Origin: a bacterium
GTDB lineage: Bacteria > Patescibacteriota > Minisyncoccia > Minisyncoccales > RBG-13-42-11
DNA: 38,528 bases
NCBI GenBank assembly: GCA_030646565.1
Contig: JAUSLA010000046.1
Span: 1-38,528 of the forward strand
Reading direction: 5' to 3'
In this document: piece after piece, positions 18,399-27,342 of the stretch
Layout of the letters: each line of letters opens with the position of its first letter
Position numbering within the stretch: position 1 is the first letter of the stretch
Made by a program: the position numbers and the translations under genes
The notes under the pieces: model-generated
Seen by the model: the letters and a program-made list of their open reading frames with translations, nothing else
Told to the model about the DNA's origin: nothing
The model's database searches: none

Positions 18399-18956
18399 TT
18401 AATACGCGGGGGCTTCAATCATGGACAAAGCGGAAAAAGGCCATGCTCTCAAGAGTACCCGACCAATAATGTCGTTTCTCGGCAATATCCCCCACCTTCT
18501 TGAATCGGAAGAAACAAATCTATTGTCGCCCAAAACAAAATATTCGTTTTTATTTAAGGTTGTTATTATGCTGCCCGCAGTATAAACCGACTGGGAAAGA
18601 TAATCCGATTCCTTTAAGACCTGCTCTCTTCCCTGGCTAAAAATTATTATTTTTCCGTCTTTTATACCTACGGTTTCACCCGGCAGGCCGATGATTCTTT
18701 TGATGTATCTCTGGGAAGTGTCATTTGGATATTTAAAAACTATCACTTCTCCTCTTTGGGGGGGCCTTAGCCTATAAGTGATTTCATCAACAATCAAATA
18801 ATCCCCATTTTCAAAACTGGGTTCCATTGACTGGCCTTTGACGAAAAACGGCTGAAACAAAAAATAACGTATAGGAACAACTATCACCAAAGCAATTATC
18901 GCTATTTTTGCAGTTTCCCAAACAAAAGACAATGCGCTTCTCATAGGTTTATACAT
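18399..18956 (-). CDS. lepB: Signal peptidase I
   Basis: GQSMEP, YIKRIIGLPGE and GDNR..SSDSR motifs. Confidence 0.97.
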   Translation of the reverse strand: MYKPMRSALSFVWETAKIAIIALVIVVPIRYFLFQPFFVKGQSMEPSFENGDYLIVDEITYRLRPPQRGEVIVFKYPNDTSQRYIKRIIGLPGETVGIKDGKIIIFSQGREQVLKESDYLSQSVYTAGSIITTLNKNEYFVLGDNRFVSSDSRRWGILPRNDIIGRVLLRAWPFSALSMIEAPAY

Positions 18957-19093
18957 TATATCAAAGTTTTCTCATTTGGCAAGTAAATGCTATTATATGA
19001 GAATAACACGACACTAATTTACGAATTGCCACCAATGTTACGAATACTTTATTAGTATTATTGGTGGAAAATTAGTATATTGGTGTCATATTT

Positions 19094-19696
19094 ATGCTTC
19101 TAATTGCGGGCCTCGGAAATCCCGGGGGGAAATATAAAAACACAAGGCACAATATCGGTTTCCGAGTGGTCGATGAACTTCGTTCATCTTCACACTTCGC
19201 TACTGCTCGTGTCATTGACGAATTTGCAAGGAAAAACAATTTCCCCGATTTTCATTTTGCCAAAAAATATAATGCTGAAATTTCAGAAGGCAATCTGGAT
19301 AATGAAAAATATATTTTAGCCAAACCCCGAACCTTTATGAACAATTCCGGCAGAGCAGTAAAATCCTTAATGAGTACGGCTAAGCCGGACCTTATGGTGA
19401 TTCACGACGATATTGATTTGCCGCTCGGTAAAATCAAAATATCAATCGGCCGCGGTTCGGCGGGACACAAAGGAGTGGAATCAATAATTCAGGCAATAAA
19501 TTCAAAAAATTTTATAAGAATCAGGGTTGGAATCCTTCCCGAAACCGGAAAGCCAAAAAACCCTGAAGATTTTGTTCTTCAAAAATTTCAACAAAATGAA
19601 GAAAAAATCGTAAAAGATACTATTAAAAAGACTATCGAAGCAATCGAGATAATAATGGGGAAGGGGATAGAAAAAGCAATGAACCAGTACAATTAA
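19094..19696 (+). CDS. pth: Peptidyl-tRNA hydrolase with a 15-aa repeat insertion
   Basis: GLGNPG..Y..TRHNIG, KPRTFMNNSG, HDDID, GHKG and RIRVGI motifs. Confidence 0.97.
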   Translation: MLLIAGLGNPGGKYKNTRHNIGFRVVDELRSSSHFATARVIDEFARKNNFPDFHFAKKYNAEISEGNLDNEKYILAKPRTFMNNSGRAVKSLMSTAKPDLMVIHDDIDLPLGKIKISIGRGSAGHKGVESIIQAINSKNFIRIRVGILPETGKPKNPEDFVLQKFQQNEEKIVKDTIKKTIEAIEIIMGKGIEKAMNQYN

Positions 19697-19703
19697 AGGT
19701 ATA

Positions 19704-19860
19704 AACCCTCACACCAATTTTGCGAACCAATTCTTTGGCGAAGCGCTTCGCCCAACAAGGGATGCGCTATTCGCGCACGCGCTTCGCAATCATATAATTT
19801 CACGCCTTGATATAATTCTTTTAGGTAAAATTTTAGGAGCGGCAAAATTGGTGAGGGGTT
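19704..19860. mobile_element. MITE-like element with terminal inverted repeats
   Basis: AACCCTCACACCAATTTTGC ... GCAAAATTGGTGAGGGGTT with a 12-bp perfect core; non-coding interior with small palindromes. Confidence 0.5.
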
Positions 19861-19880
19861 CTTTTTCTTGCGAGAAAAAG

Positions 19881-19919
19881 AAAAAGCCGGGGCGGGAGGG
19901 TTCCACGCCTCGGCTTTTT
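19881..19919. terminator. Bidirectional intrinsic terminator
   Basis: AAAAGCCGGGGCG...CGCCTCGGCTTTTT between convergent pth and the 61-aa ORF. Confidence 0.7.
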
Positions 19920-19925
19920 GGCAAA

Positions 19926-20111
19926 CTACTTTGCCCTGATCTTGCGGAGATATTTCTCCGCTTCTTTTTGGATTTCGGCTGGCGATGCCCCAGCTGCAGA
20001 GAAAACCGCCACTTTGTTTTCGCCATACCAGAGATAAACAAAGTGAGGATCATCATTAATGTGAAACCCTTGCCGAAGGTGAAACCCTTCCGGCAGATCA
20101 ATTTTTATCAT
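19926..20111 (-). CDS. Small hypothetical protein, 61 aa
   Basis: AGGAGG Shine-Dalgarno before the ATG and a terminator immediately downstream. Confidence 0.7.
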   Translation of the reverse strand: MIKIDLPEGFHLRQGFHINDDPHFVYLWYGENKVAVFSAAGASPAEIQKEAEKYLRKIRAK

Positions 20112-20225
20112 TTTTACCTCCTGTGTTTTTTTGCCCTCCGGCCTATCTGCGAACCCTTGGGGCAGACAGACCGGAAAGTAAAAACTTTGACAATCACCAC
20201 TTAATAATATATTATACTAAAATAG

Positions 20226-22172
20226 ATGGAATTGTCAAGAACAACCATTGATAGGGTTCTAATTGTCAGTATCACCCCCTACTTTCTGGAAAAGGGGAAT
20301 ATTTGGTTTGAGGAAAATTTAAAAAAGATTCTTGAGGCGAGAAAAACCCAATCTTTTTTTGCGGACAACTTAATATATTTGGAAAAAGACCAAGGATGCA
20401 ACCTGTCGGAAATTTTAAGAAAATTGGACGAGATGGGGTATGAAAAAGTCCTCCAGATTGCGGAACCCGGAGAATTTTCCCAAAGAGGAGGAATTATTGA
20501 TGTTTTCCCTGTCAATTCCAGCCAGGCGGTACGGCTTGAATTTTTGGGCAACAGAATTGAAAACATTGAACAATTGCCGATAAGGGTAAAAGACGAAAAA
20601 ACAACAAAAGAAATCCTGAAAAAACGGCTTAAATCCCAAAAATTATTTTCCGACTTAAAAGGATTAAAACCCGGGGATTATTTGGTGCACTTGGACCATG
20701 GAGTGGCCCGTTTTGTGGGAGAGCTGAATGAATATTATGTTCTGGAATACGCGCAAGACGATAAACTCTATGTTCCGGTTGGGCTGGAACGAAAGTTATC
20801 AAGATATGTTGGCTTTGTTGAGCCGAAAATCTCACGACTGGGCAGTTTAATCTGGCAGAGAACAAAAAGAAAAATCAAAGAAGAGGCGGAAAAACTGGCA
20901 AAAGAGCTTTTGGAAATCTACGCCGAAAGAGAAGTTGTTTCCCGTCCGCCATATCTTAGCGAAGATGAATTTGATTTTAAAATAGCCAATGATTTTAAAT
21001 ACGAAGAAACGCCAGACCAAATTGAGACAATTGAGGATATTAAAAAGGATCTGGAAAAATCGGAACCGATGGATAGGATTGTTTGCGGCGATGTCGGATT
21101 CGGAAAAACAGAGGTGGCTTTAAGAACATTAATAAGAGCTGTAAAATCGGGATATCAAGCGGCAATGATTTGCCCCACTACAATTTTGGCTAACCAGCAT
21201 TTTCAGAATTTCCAAGAAAGATTAAAAGAGCTTCCGATTAGAATTGCAGCCATATCCAGATTGCAGCCAAAAAAGGAGCAAAAAGAAATAATTGAAGGCC
21301 TTAAAAACGGCAAAATTGATATAGCGGTTGGCACGCATAGGATTTTGTCCAAAGATGCTGAATTTAAAAACTTGGGGTTATTAATAATTGACGACGAACA
21401 GAGATTCGGGGTAAGACAAAAAGAAAAATTAAAAAAGATAAGGGCTTCGCTGGATGTTTTGTCGCTGTCAGCCACTCCTATTCCGAGGACTCTTTATCTG
21501 GCCCTGTCTTCTCTAAAATCAATCAGCGTAATCCAGACCCCGCCAGAGGGCAGGTTGCCGATAAAAACTTTTATTTTGCCCTTCAAGGAAAAAATTATCA
21601 AAACGGCGATTGAGAAAGAAATTTCGCGGGGCGGACAGGTGTATTATTTACACAATAGAGTAGAAACAATACATGGAGTCAGGCTATTCTTGGAGAAACT
21701 GATTCCCGAGGGCAGGTTTGGTATTGCTCACGGAAGACTTAAAGAAAATGAATTAGTTAAAGTAATGAATGATTTTCAAAATAAAAAAATCGATGTTTTA
21801 GTGGCTACCACAATAATTGAAAATGGACTAGACCTGCCGAATGTAAATACTTTGATTGCGGCAGACGCCGCAAAACTGGGACTGGCCCAGGCCTATCAAA
21901 TTCGGGGCAGGATTGGCCGCTCATACATTCAGGCCTTTTCTTACTTCCTGTACGGCGATCATCTATCCGAAAAAGCCAAAATGCGGCTTGATGCTTTAAA
22001 AGAAGCCGAAGAGTTGGGCTCCGGCTATAAAATCGCTTTAAGGGATTTAGAAATCCGCGGAGCCGGAAATATTTTAGGCAAAGAACAATCCGGAAATATA
22101 AATCGGGTGGGACTAAATTTATACTGCCAAATGTTATCTGAAGCAATAGAAAAACTGAAAGTAAAATGCTAA
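20226..22172 (+). CDS. mfd: Shortened transcription-repair coupling factor Mfd
   Basis: GEFSQRGGIIDVFP (UvrB-like), GDYLVHLDHG (RID/CarD), GDVGFGKT, DDEQRFG, SATPIPRT, QIRGRIGR and DLEIRGAG; only 648 aa. Confidence 0.92.
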   Translation: MELSRTTIDRVLIVSITPYFLEKGNIWFEENLKKILEARKTQSFFADNLIYLEKDQGCNLSEILRKLDEMGYEKVLQIAEPGEFSQRGGIIDVFPVNSSQAVRLEFLGNRIENIEQLPIRVKDEKTTKEILKKRLKSQKLFSDLKGLKPGDYLVHLDHGVARFVGELNEYYVLEYAQDDKLYVPVGLERKLSRYVGFVEPKISRLGSLIWQRTKRKIKEEAEKLAKELLEIYAEREVVSRPPYLSEDEFDFKIANDFKYEETPDQIETIEDIKKDLEKSEPMDRIVCGDVGFGKTEVALRTLIRAVKSGYQAAMICPTTILANQHFQNFQERLKELPIRIAAISRLQPKKEQKEIIEGLKNGKIDIAVGTHRILSKDAEFKNLGLLIIDDEQRFGVRQKEKLKKIRASLDVLSLSATPIPRTLYLALSSLKSISVIQTPPEGRLPIKTFILPFKEKIIKTAIEKEISRGGQVYYLHNRVETIHGVRLFLEKLIPEGRFGIAHGRLKENELVKVMNDFQNKKIDVLVATTIIENGLDLPNVNTLIAADAAKLGLAQAYQIRGRIGRSYIQAFSYFLYGDHLSEKAKMRLDALKEAEELGSGYKIALRDLEIRGAGNILGKEQSGNINRVGLNLYCQMLSEAIEKLKVKC

Positions 22173-22181
22173 AGTGAAAAA

Positions 22182-23087
22182 ATGCTTGAAGAAATAAAAA
22201 CAATATCTATTCAAAATAAAAATTATCCGAAACTTTTAAAAGAAATTAAAGGCGCGCCGGAAGTTCTTTATATGAGGGGAGAAATATTTCCCGAAGAAGA
22301 TTGTTTTGCCGTTGTCGGCGCAAGATTATGTTCTCCGTATGGAAAGCAGGTTGCCTTGGAGATAGCCGGAGATTTGGCTGAAGCCGGATTAACAATTGTT
22401 TCAGGTTTGGCTCCGGGAATTGATACTGCCAGCCATTGGGCGGCGATAGAACGCAAAAAAAGAACAATTGCCGTGTTGGGAACCGGAGTAGACGAAAAGA
22501 GTATTTATCCCCAATCAAATTTAGAGCTATCTCAAAAAATTTTAGAAACCGGGGGCTGTTTAATTTCTGAATATCCTTCGGGAACCCGAGGAACTCAATT
22601 TACTTTTCCTCAAAGAAACAGAATAATTTCCGGATTGTCTTTAGGCGTTTTAGTGGTAGAAGCTAAAGAAAAATCTGGCGCCTTAATTACCGCCGAATGG
22701 GCAAGAAAACAAGGGAGAAAAATTTTTGCTGTTCCCGGCTCAATCCATTCATTAAATTCAAAGGGCCCTCACTATCTGATTAAAAATGGCTCAAAATTAG
22801 TTGAATCAGCCGACGACATCAAAAAGGAGCTAAGCTCCTTGAAAAAATTTAATCCAAATCTATTGATATCGGATATTGATAGAACGCGACCGGGTCGCGT
22901 AGCGGGAGAAAACAGAGAAGAAAGTTTAATTTTAGATGTTTTGAAAGAAGGGGCTTTGGATATTGAAAAGATTATTGAAAAAACAAAATTGCCAGCTTCA
23001 AAAATCGCCTCCACCCTTGCAATTTTGGAAATAAAGAATAAGGTAAGAAACTTGGGAGGAAACATTTATGCGATTAATTATAGTTGA
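22182..23087 (+). CDS. dprA: DNA-processing protein DprA
   Basis: IVSGLAPGID, FPQRNRIISGLS, VVEA..SGALITA motifs and a C-terminal winged helix. Confidence 0.96.
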   Translation: MLEEIKTISIQNKNYPKLLKEIKGAPEVLYMRGEIFPEEDCFAVVGARLCSPYGKQVALEIAGDLAEAGLTIVSGLAPGIDTASHWAAIERKKRTIAVLGTGVDEKSIYPQSNLELSQKILETGGCLISEYPSGTRGTQFTFPQRNRIISGLSLGVLVVEAKEKSGALITAEWARKQGRKIFAVPGSIHSLNSKGPHYLIKNGSKLVESADDIKKELSSLKKFNPNLLISDIDRTRPGRVAGENREESLILDVLKEGALDIEKIIEKTKLPASKIASTLAILEIKNKVRNLGGNIYAINYS

Positions 23088-25143
23088 AAGTCCAACAAAA
23101 TCAAAAACTATTTCAAGTTATTTGGGCCCGGAGTTTAAGGTTCTTTCTTCCTACGGCCATGTTCGAGATTTACCGAAAGGCGAATTTGGCATTGACACAG
23201 AAAATAACTTTGAACCAAAATATGTTATTCCTCCAAAAGCAAGAAAAACAATTAAACTTTTGAAAGAAGCTGTTGCAAAAGCCGACACAACTATTCTTGC
23301 TACCGACGAAGACAGAGAGGGAGAAGCGATTTCCTGGCATTTGTCTCAGGTCTTAAACCTAAATGGCAAAAAATCGTATCAAAGAATTGTTTTCCATGAA
23401 ATTACGAAATCAGCCATTAAAGAGGCTCTGAAAAATCCAAGAAAAATAGATATGAATATGGTTGACGCCCAGCAGGCAAGGAGGTTTTTAGATAGAATTG
23501 TGGGCTACAAACTTTCTCCATTTTTATGGAAAAAAGTTGCAAGAAAACTATCAGCCGGAAGAGTCCAGTCGGTAGCAGTAAGGTTGGTTGTAGAAAGAGA
23601 AAGAGAAATACAAAAGTTTATTCCGGAAGAATATTGGACAATCATTGCCCAGTTAGAAACCATTGCGAACTCTAAAAACCAGCCGGGAAAGCTGGAGGCT
23701 CTACTGGTGAAAAAAGATGGAAAGGCTATTTCAAAATTGGAAATAAAGAATGAAAAGGAAGCGGAAAATATTCTTGCAGATTTAACCGGAGCTGAATACA
23801 AAATAATAAATATCGAAAAAAAAGAAGTGAAGAAAAATCCTTTGCCGCCTTTCACCACCAGCACTTTACAGCAGGAGGCATGGAAAAGATTTAAATTCCC
23901 GGCAAGGTTTACAATGCAAATAGCCCAGCGGCTTTACGAAAACGGATTAACGACTTATCACAGAACCGACTCTCTAAATCTTTCTGATTTGTCTTTATCT
24001 GCGGCTAAAAAATTTATTATTAAAGATTACGGAAAAGAATACTGGGCGGGAATTTTCAGAAAATATAAAACAAAATCAAAAGGCGCCCAAGAAGCGCATG
24101 AAGCCATCAGGCCGGCTTATCCTGAAAAGACCCCGGACTCTTTAAAACTAGGCGAAAAGGATAAATCCTCTTCTTCAGCCTTCGCTGCGGCTCGGCTCTA
24201 CGATCTGATTTGGCGAAGATTTATCGCCAGCCAAATGAGCCAAGCCGTATTTGACGCTACAGGCGTGGATATTGCCGCCAAGAATTATGCTTTCAGGGCT
24301 AACGGGCAAACTTTAAGGTTTGACGGCTTCCTTAAGATTTATCCAATAAAATTTGAGGAAAATGCGTTGCCTTCCTTGGAAAAAAACGAAACTTTAGAAT
24401 TAGTAAAACTAAGTCCTTTGCAGCATTTCACCCAGCCGCCTCCAAGATTTACCGAGGCCAGTTTGATTAAAATACTTGAAGAAAACGGCATCGGCCGGCC
24501 TTCAACTTATGCTCCAACTCTATCTACTATTCAAGACAGGAACTACATCGAAAAAGACGAGCAAAGAAGATTTAAACCTACTGAAATCGGCTTTACGGTC
24601 AACGATCTTTTGGTAAGCCATTTTCCGCAAATTGTTGATATTAATTTTACAGCCGCTATGGAAGAAGACTTAGACGAAATTGCAGAAGGTAGAGAGAAAA
24701 CCGTTGACGTCCTTAGAAAATTTTATGTTCCCTTTGAAGAAAATCTAAAGAAAAAATATGAGGAGGTTGTAAAAAAAGAAATCATCGCAAAACCGACGGA
24801 TAAAACCTGCCCAAAATGCGGAGCTCCCTTAGTGATAAAGTTTGGCAGATTTGGAGAATTTTACGCTTGCTCAAAATTCCCAACATGCCGATATACCGAG
24901 GCCTTAGAAAAAAATAATTTGGGGATAAAGTGTCCGAAATGTAAAGAAGGAGAGATTGTTGAAAAACGGACTAAAAAAAGAAAAATATTTTATGGCTGTT
25001 CCAATTGGCCGAAATGCGATTTTGCCTTATGGGACAAACCAACCGGAGAACTTTGTCCAAAGTGCCAATCGCTTTTAATCAAAACGAAAAGAGACGAAAC
25101 AAAATGCTCGAACAAAGAATGTAATTTCAAGGTTGAAAAATAA
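23068..25143 (+). CDS. topA: DNA topoisomerase I
   Basis: IVESPTK, DEDREGE, SAGRVQ, TYHRTDS (catalytic Tyr), GIGRPSTY and C4 zinc ribbons. Confidence 0.98.
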   Translation: MRLIIVESPTKSKTISSYLGPEFKVLSSYGHVRDLPKGEFGIDTENNFEPKYVIPPKARKTIKLLKEAVAKADTTILATDEDREGEAISWHLSQVLNLNGKKSYQRIVFHEITKSAIKEALKNPRKIDMNMVDAQQARRFLDRIVGYKLSPFLWKKVARKLSAGRVQSVAVRLVVEREREIQKFIPEEYWTIIAQLETIANSKNQPGKLEALLVKKDGKAISKLEIKNEKEAENILADLTGAEYKIINIEKKEVKKNPLPPFTTSTLQQEAWKRFKFPARFTMQIAQRLYENGLTTYHRTDSLNLSDLSLSAAKKFIIKDYGKEYWAGIFRKYKTKSKGAQEAHEAIRPAYPEKTPDSLKLGEKDKSSSSAFAAARLYDLIWRRFIASQMSQAVFDATGVDIAAKNYAFRANGQTLRFDGFLKIYPIKFEENALPSLEKNETLELVKLSPLQHFTQPPPRFTEASLIKILEENGIGRPSTYAPTLSTIQDRNYIEKDEQRRFKPTEIGFTVNDLLVSHFPQIVDINFTAAMEEDLDEIAEGREKTVDVLRKFYVPFEENLKKKYEEVVKKEIIAKPTDKTCPKCGAPLVIKFGRFGEFYACSKFPTCRYTEALEKNNLGIKCPKCKEGEIVEKRTKKRKIFYGCSNWPKCDFALWDKPTGELCPKCQSLLIKTKRDETKCSNKECNFKVEK

Positions 25144-25168
25144 ATAAATTCTGTTAATTTAAGTGTAG

Positions 25169-25255
25169 GCCGCGGTGGTGGAATTGGTTTACACGTACGA
25201 TTCAAAATCGTATGACCGCAAGGTCGTGTGGGTTCGACTCCCACCCGCGGCACCA
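25169..25255 (+). tRNA. tRNA-Leu(CAA)
   Basis: Acceptor GCCGCGG/CCGCGGC plus ACCA; anticodon arm TACGA-TTCAAAA-TCGTA; long variable arm GACC-GCAA-GGTC; T arm GTGGG-TTCGACT-CCCAC. Confidence 0.96.
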
Positions 25256-25401
25256 GTAAGGAAAAGTCAAATTTTGTTGGTTCGCCTCGCTTTGCTCGGC
25301 GACCAAATTGTAGGGAATTTTGGGCGAAAAAATCAGTTGGCGGTTTTGAATTAATAAAAGAAAATTTTTTCAATAATTATTAACTAACCGAAGGAGAAAA
25401 T

Positions 25402-25590
25402 ATGAAATACATTATCTATGTCCGCAAAAGCACCGAAGAAGATGACCGACAGGTTTTATCCATTGAAGCTCAGCTTGTTGAGCTAAAAGAATTTGCCGCC
25501 AAAGAAAAACTTGAAATTGTCGCCTCCTTTGAGGAGGCAAAAACTGCCAAAGAACCTGATAAAAATATCTGCTCGAACCGCATTTTGTAA
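25402..25590 (+). pseudogene. Truncated serine recombinase (N-terminal catalytic fragment)
   Basis: YVRKSTE..DRQVLSIEAQ..ELKEFA motif with catalytic Ser; stops after 62 aa; GAAGGAG SD. Confidence 0.85.
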
Positions 25591-25711
25591 AAGAAAATTT
25601 TTACATATCTGATTCCGAATTTAGTTTCGGTTTTTTTATTTTTGAGCTATAATTTAAGTAGACATGGCTAAAATAGATAAACAGCACATTAACAAGAAAG
25701 GAGGGAAAACT

Positions 25712-26992
25712 ATGACCAGCAATGTCCTAATTATCGGTAGTGGTGGAAGAGAGCATGCACTTGCATGGAAACTCGCTCAATCACCACGCATTGGCAAGTT
25801 GTATGTTGCGCCCGGAAATGGCGGCACTCGTGATATCGCTGAAAATATCGCGATTGAAGCCACAGACGCCGGAGGTTTGGCTCGTTTTGCCGAAAAGAAT
25901 TCAATCAATCTGACAATAGTCGGTCCTGATGACCCGCTTGCGCTTGGCGTAGTTGACGTTTTTCAATCTCATGGCTTGCGCATTTTCGGACCCACTCGCG
26001 CCGCGGCACAGATTGAAGCGTCTAAAGCGTTTGCCAAACGACTTATGCGCGATAGCAATATCTCGACTGCGCCTTTTCGGATATTTCGGAAGCACGAAAA
26101 TGCTTTAGAATATGTCCGCGAACATGGCGCGCCGATTGTCGTGAAAGCAAGTGGATTGGCTCTCGGCAAAGGCGCTTATCCCTGCAAAACGCTCGCTAAA
26201 GCAGAGAAAGCTCTGGCAGAAATTATGCTTGAGCGTGCTTACAAACAAGCCGGTGATGAAGTTATCGTCGAGGAGTTTCTAAGCGGGCAAGAAGTTTCAA
26301 TTCACGCTCTCTGCGACGGCAAAACCTCAATCCTATTACCTACCGCGCAAGACCACAAGCCGATTTTCGACGGCGACAAGGGCAAGAATACTGGCGGTAT
26401 GGGAACAATTGCACCTGTACCGTGGGTTACAGATCAGACCTTGCGAGAAGTGAACGAGCAAATCGTTCGTCCGACTTTGCAAGCGCTTGTAAAGAAAGGA
26501 AAACCGTTTACTGGCTGTTTGTACCCCGGACTCAAGATGACAGACGAAGGGCCGAAAGTGCTTGAATTCAACGCAAGATTCGGCGACCCCGAAACGCAAA
26601 GCTATATGCGACTCCTCAAAACAGATTTGCTTGATGTTTTAGACGCATGCGTTGACGGAAAACTCGCCAACTTTGCTGTTGAATGGAATTCTGGTTTCAC
26701 CGTTTGCGTTGTTCTCGCTTCGGGAGGGTATCCGGGAAAGTACAAAAAGGAAATCCCGATATTCGGTATTGCTGAAGCGGAGAAAATTCCCAGTGTCGTT
26801 GTTTTCCACGCTGGCACAATGTATAGCGACCAACTTCGGACTTCTGGCGGACGCGTTCTCGGAGTTACAGCAGTCGGTAAAACTCTTCAAGAAGCTCTTG
26901 ATCGGGCGTACGAAGCAGTCCATTGCATCAGGTTCAAGGACAGGCAGTTCCGAAAAGACATCGGGGCTAAAGCTATCGCTATGGGGTTCTAA
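25712..26992 (+). CDS. purD: Phosphoribosylamine--glycine ligase
   Basis: GSGGREHALA, APGNGG, KASGLALGKG, NTGGMG, EFNARFGDPE and TSGGRVL; AAAGGAGGG SD before ATG 25712. Confidence 0.97.
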   Translation: MTSNVLIIGSGGREHALAWKLAQSPRIGKLYVAPGNGGTRDIAENIAIEATDAGGLARFAEKNSINLTIVGPDDPLALGVVDVFQSHGLRIFGPTRAAAQIEASKAFAKRLMRDSNISTAPFRIFRKHENALEYVREHGAPIVVKASGLALGKGAYPCKTLAKAEKALAEIMLERAYKQAGDEVIVEEFLSGQEVSIHALCDGKTSILLPTAQDHKPIFDGDKGKNTGGMGTIAPVPWVTDQTLREVNEQIVRPTLQALVKKGKPFTGCLYPGLKMTDEGPKVLEFNARFGDPETQSYMRLLKTDLLDVLDACVDGKLANFAVEWNSGFTVCVVLASGGYPGKYKKEIPIFGIAEAEKIPSVVVFHAGTMYSDQLRTSGGRVLGVTAVGKTLQEALDRAYEAVHCIRFKDRQFRKDIGAKAIAMGF

Positions 26993-27021
26993 TTCCTTCG
27001 GGGATTGAACCCCCTTTTTTT
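26983..27021 (+). terminator. purD intrinsic terminator
   Basis: GGGGTTCTAATTCC-TTCG-GGGATTGAACCCC followed by a T run. Confidence 0.75.
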
Positions 27022-27150
27022 ATTTTGAAAAAGAATTTACCGCCAAAGCAGTAAATTTTTCAAGCTTATTTTTCTTGAAAAATTTACTGTAATAAGTTAT
27101 GCTTAACTCATAGAAAAACTTGAAATTGTCAAAGATCGTGGCGAAGCCGT

Positions 27151-27342
27151 TCAAATTTTGGGGGGCTGGCCGTCGCCGCCGCAGGCGGCGAAATGCGTTC
27201 GAACTATTTTAAGAATAGAGCACCATTTAGGAAATTGCAAGGAAAATGTGTTCGCTTTGCGGAGTTTATCCCGACGCAGGAGGGACTCGGCGACTAATTT
27301 GTATTCAATTTTTGGGGCAAAAACGAATTGGCGGTTTCGCAT
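27151..27342 (-). pseudogene. Probable recombinase C-terminal remnant spanning the cassette 1/2 junction
   Basis: NRQFVFAPKIEYKLVAE...FPKWCSILKIVRTHFAACGGDGQPP; first half matches 25256-25346 and second half matches 28275-28366. Recombinase origin is inferred. Confidence 0.55.

Larger units (their letters stand above)
25256..27225. mobile_element. tRNA-Leu-integrated cassette 1 (recombinase remnants plus purD)
   Basis: Begins after the tRNA GCACCA and ends in GCACCA (27220-27225); both ends are homologous to those of cassette 2. Confidence 0.7.

Noticed and set aside
24990-25373. 127-aa minus-strand ORF
   Set aside because: Antisense to tRNA-Leu and the end of topA; a shadow ORF.
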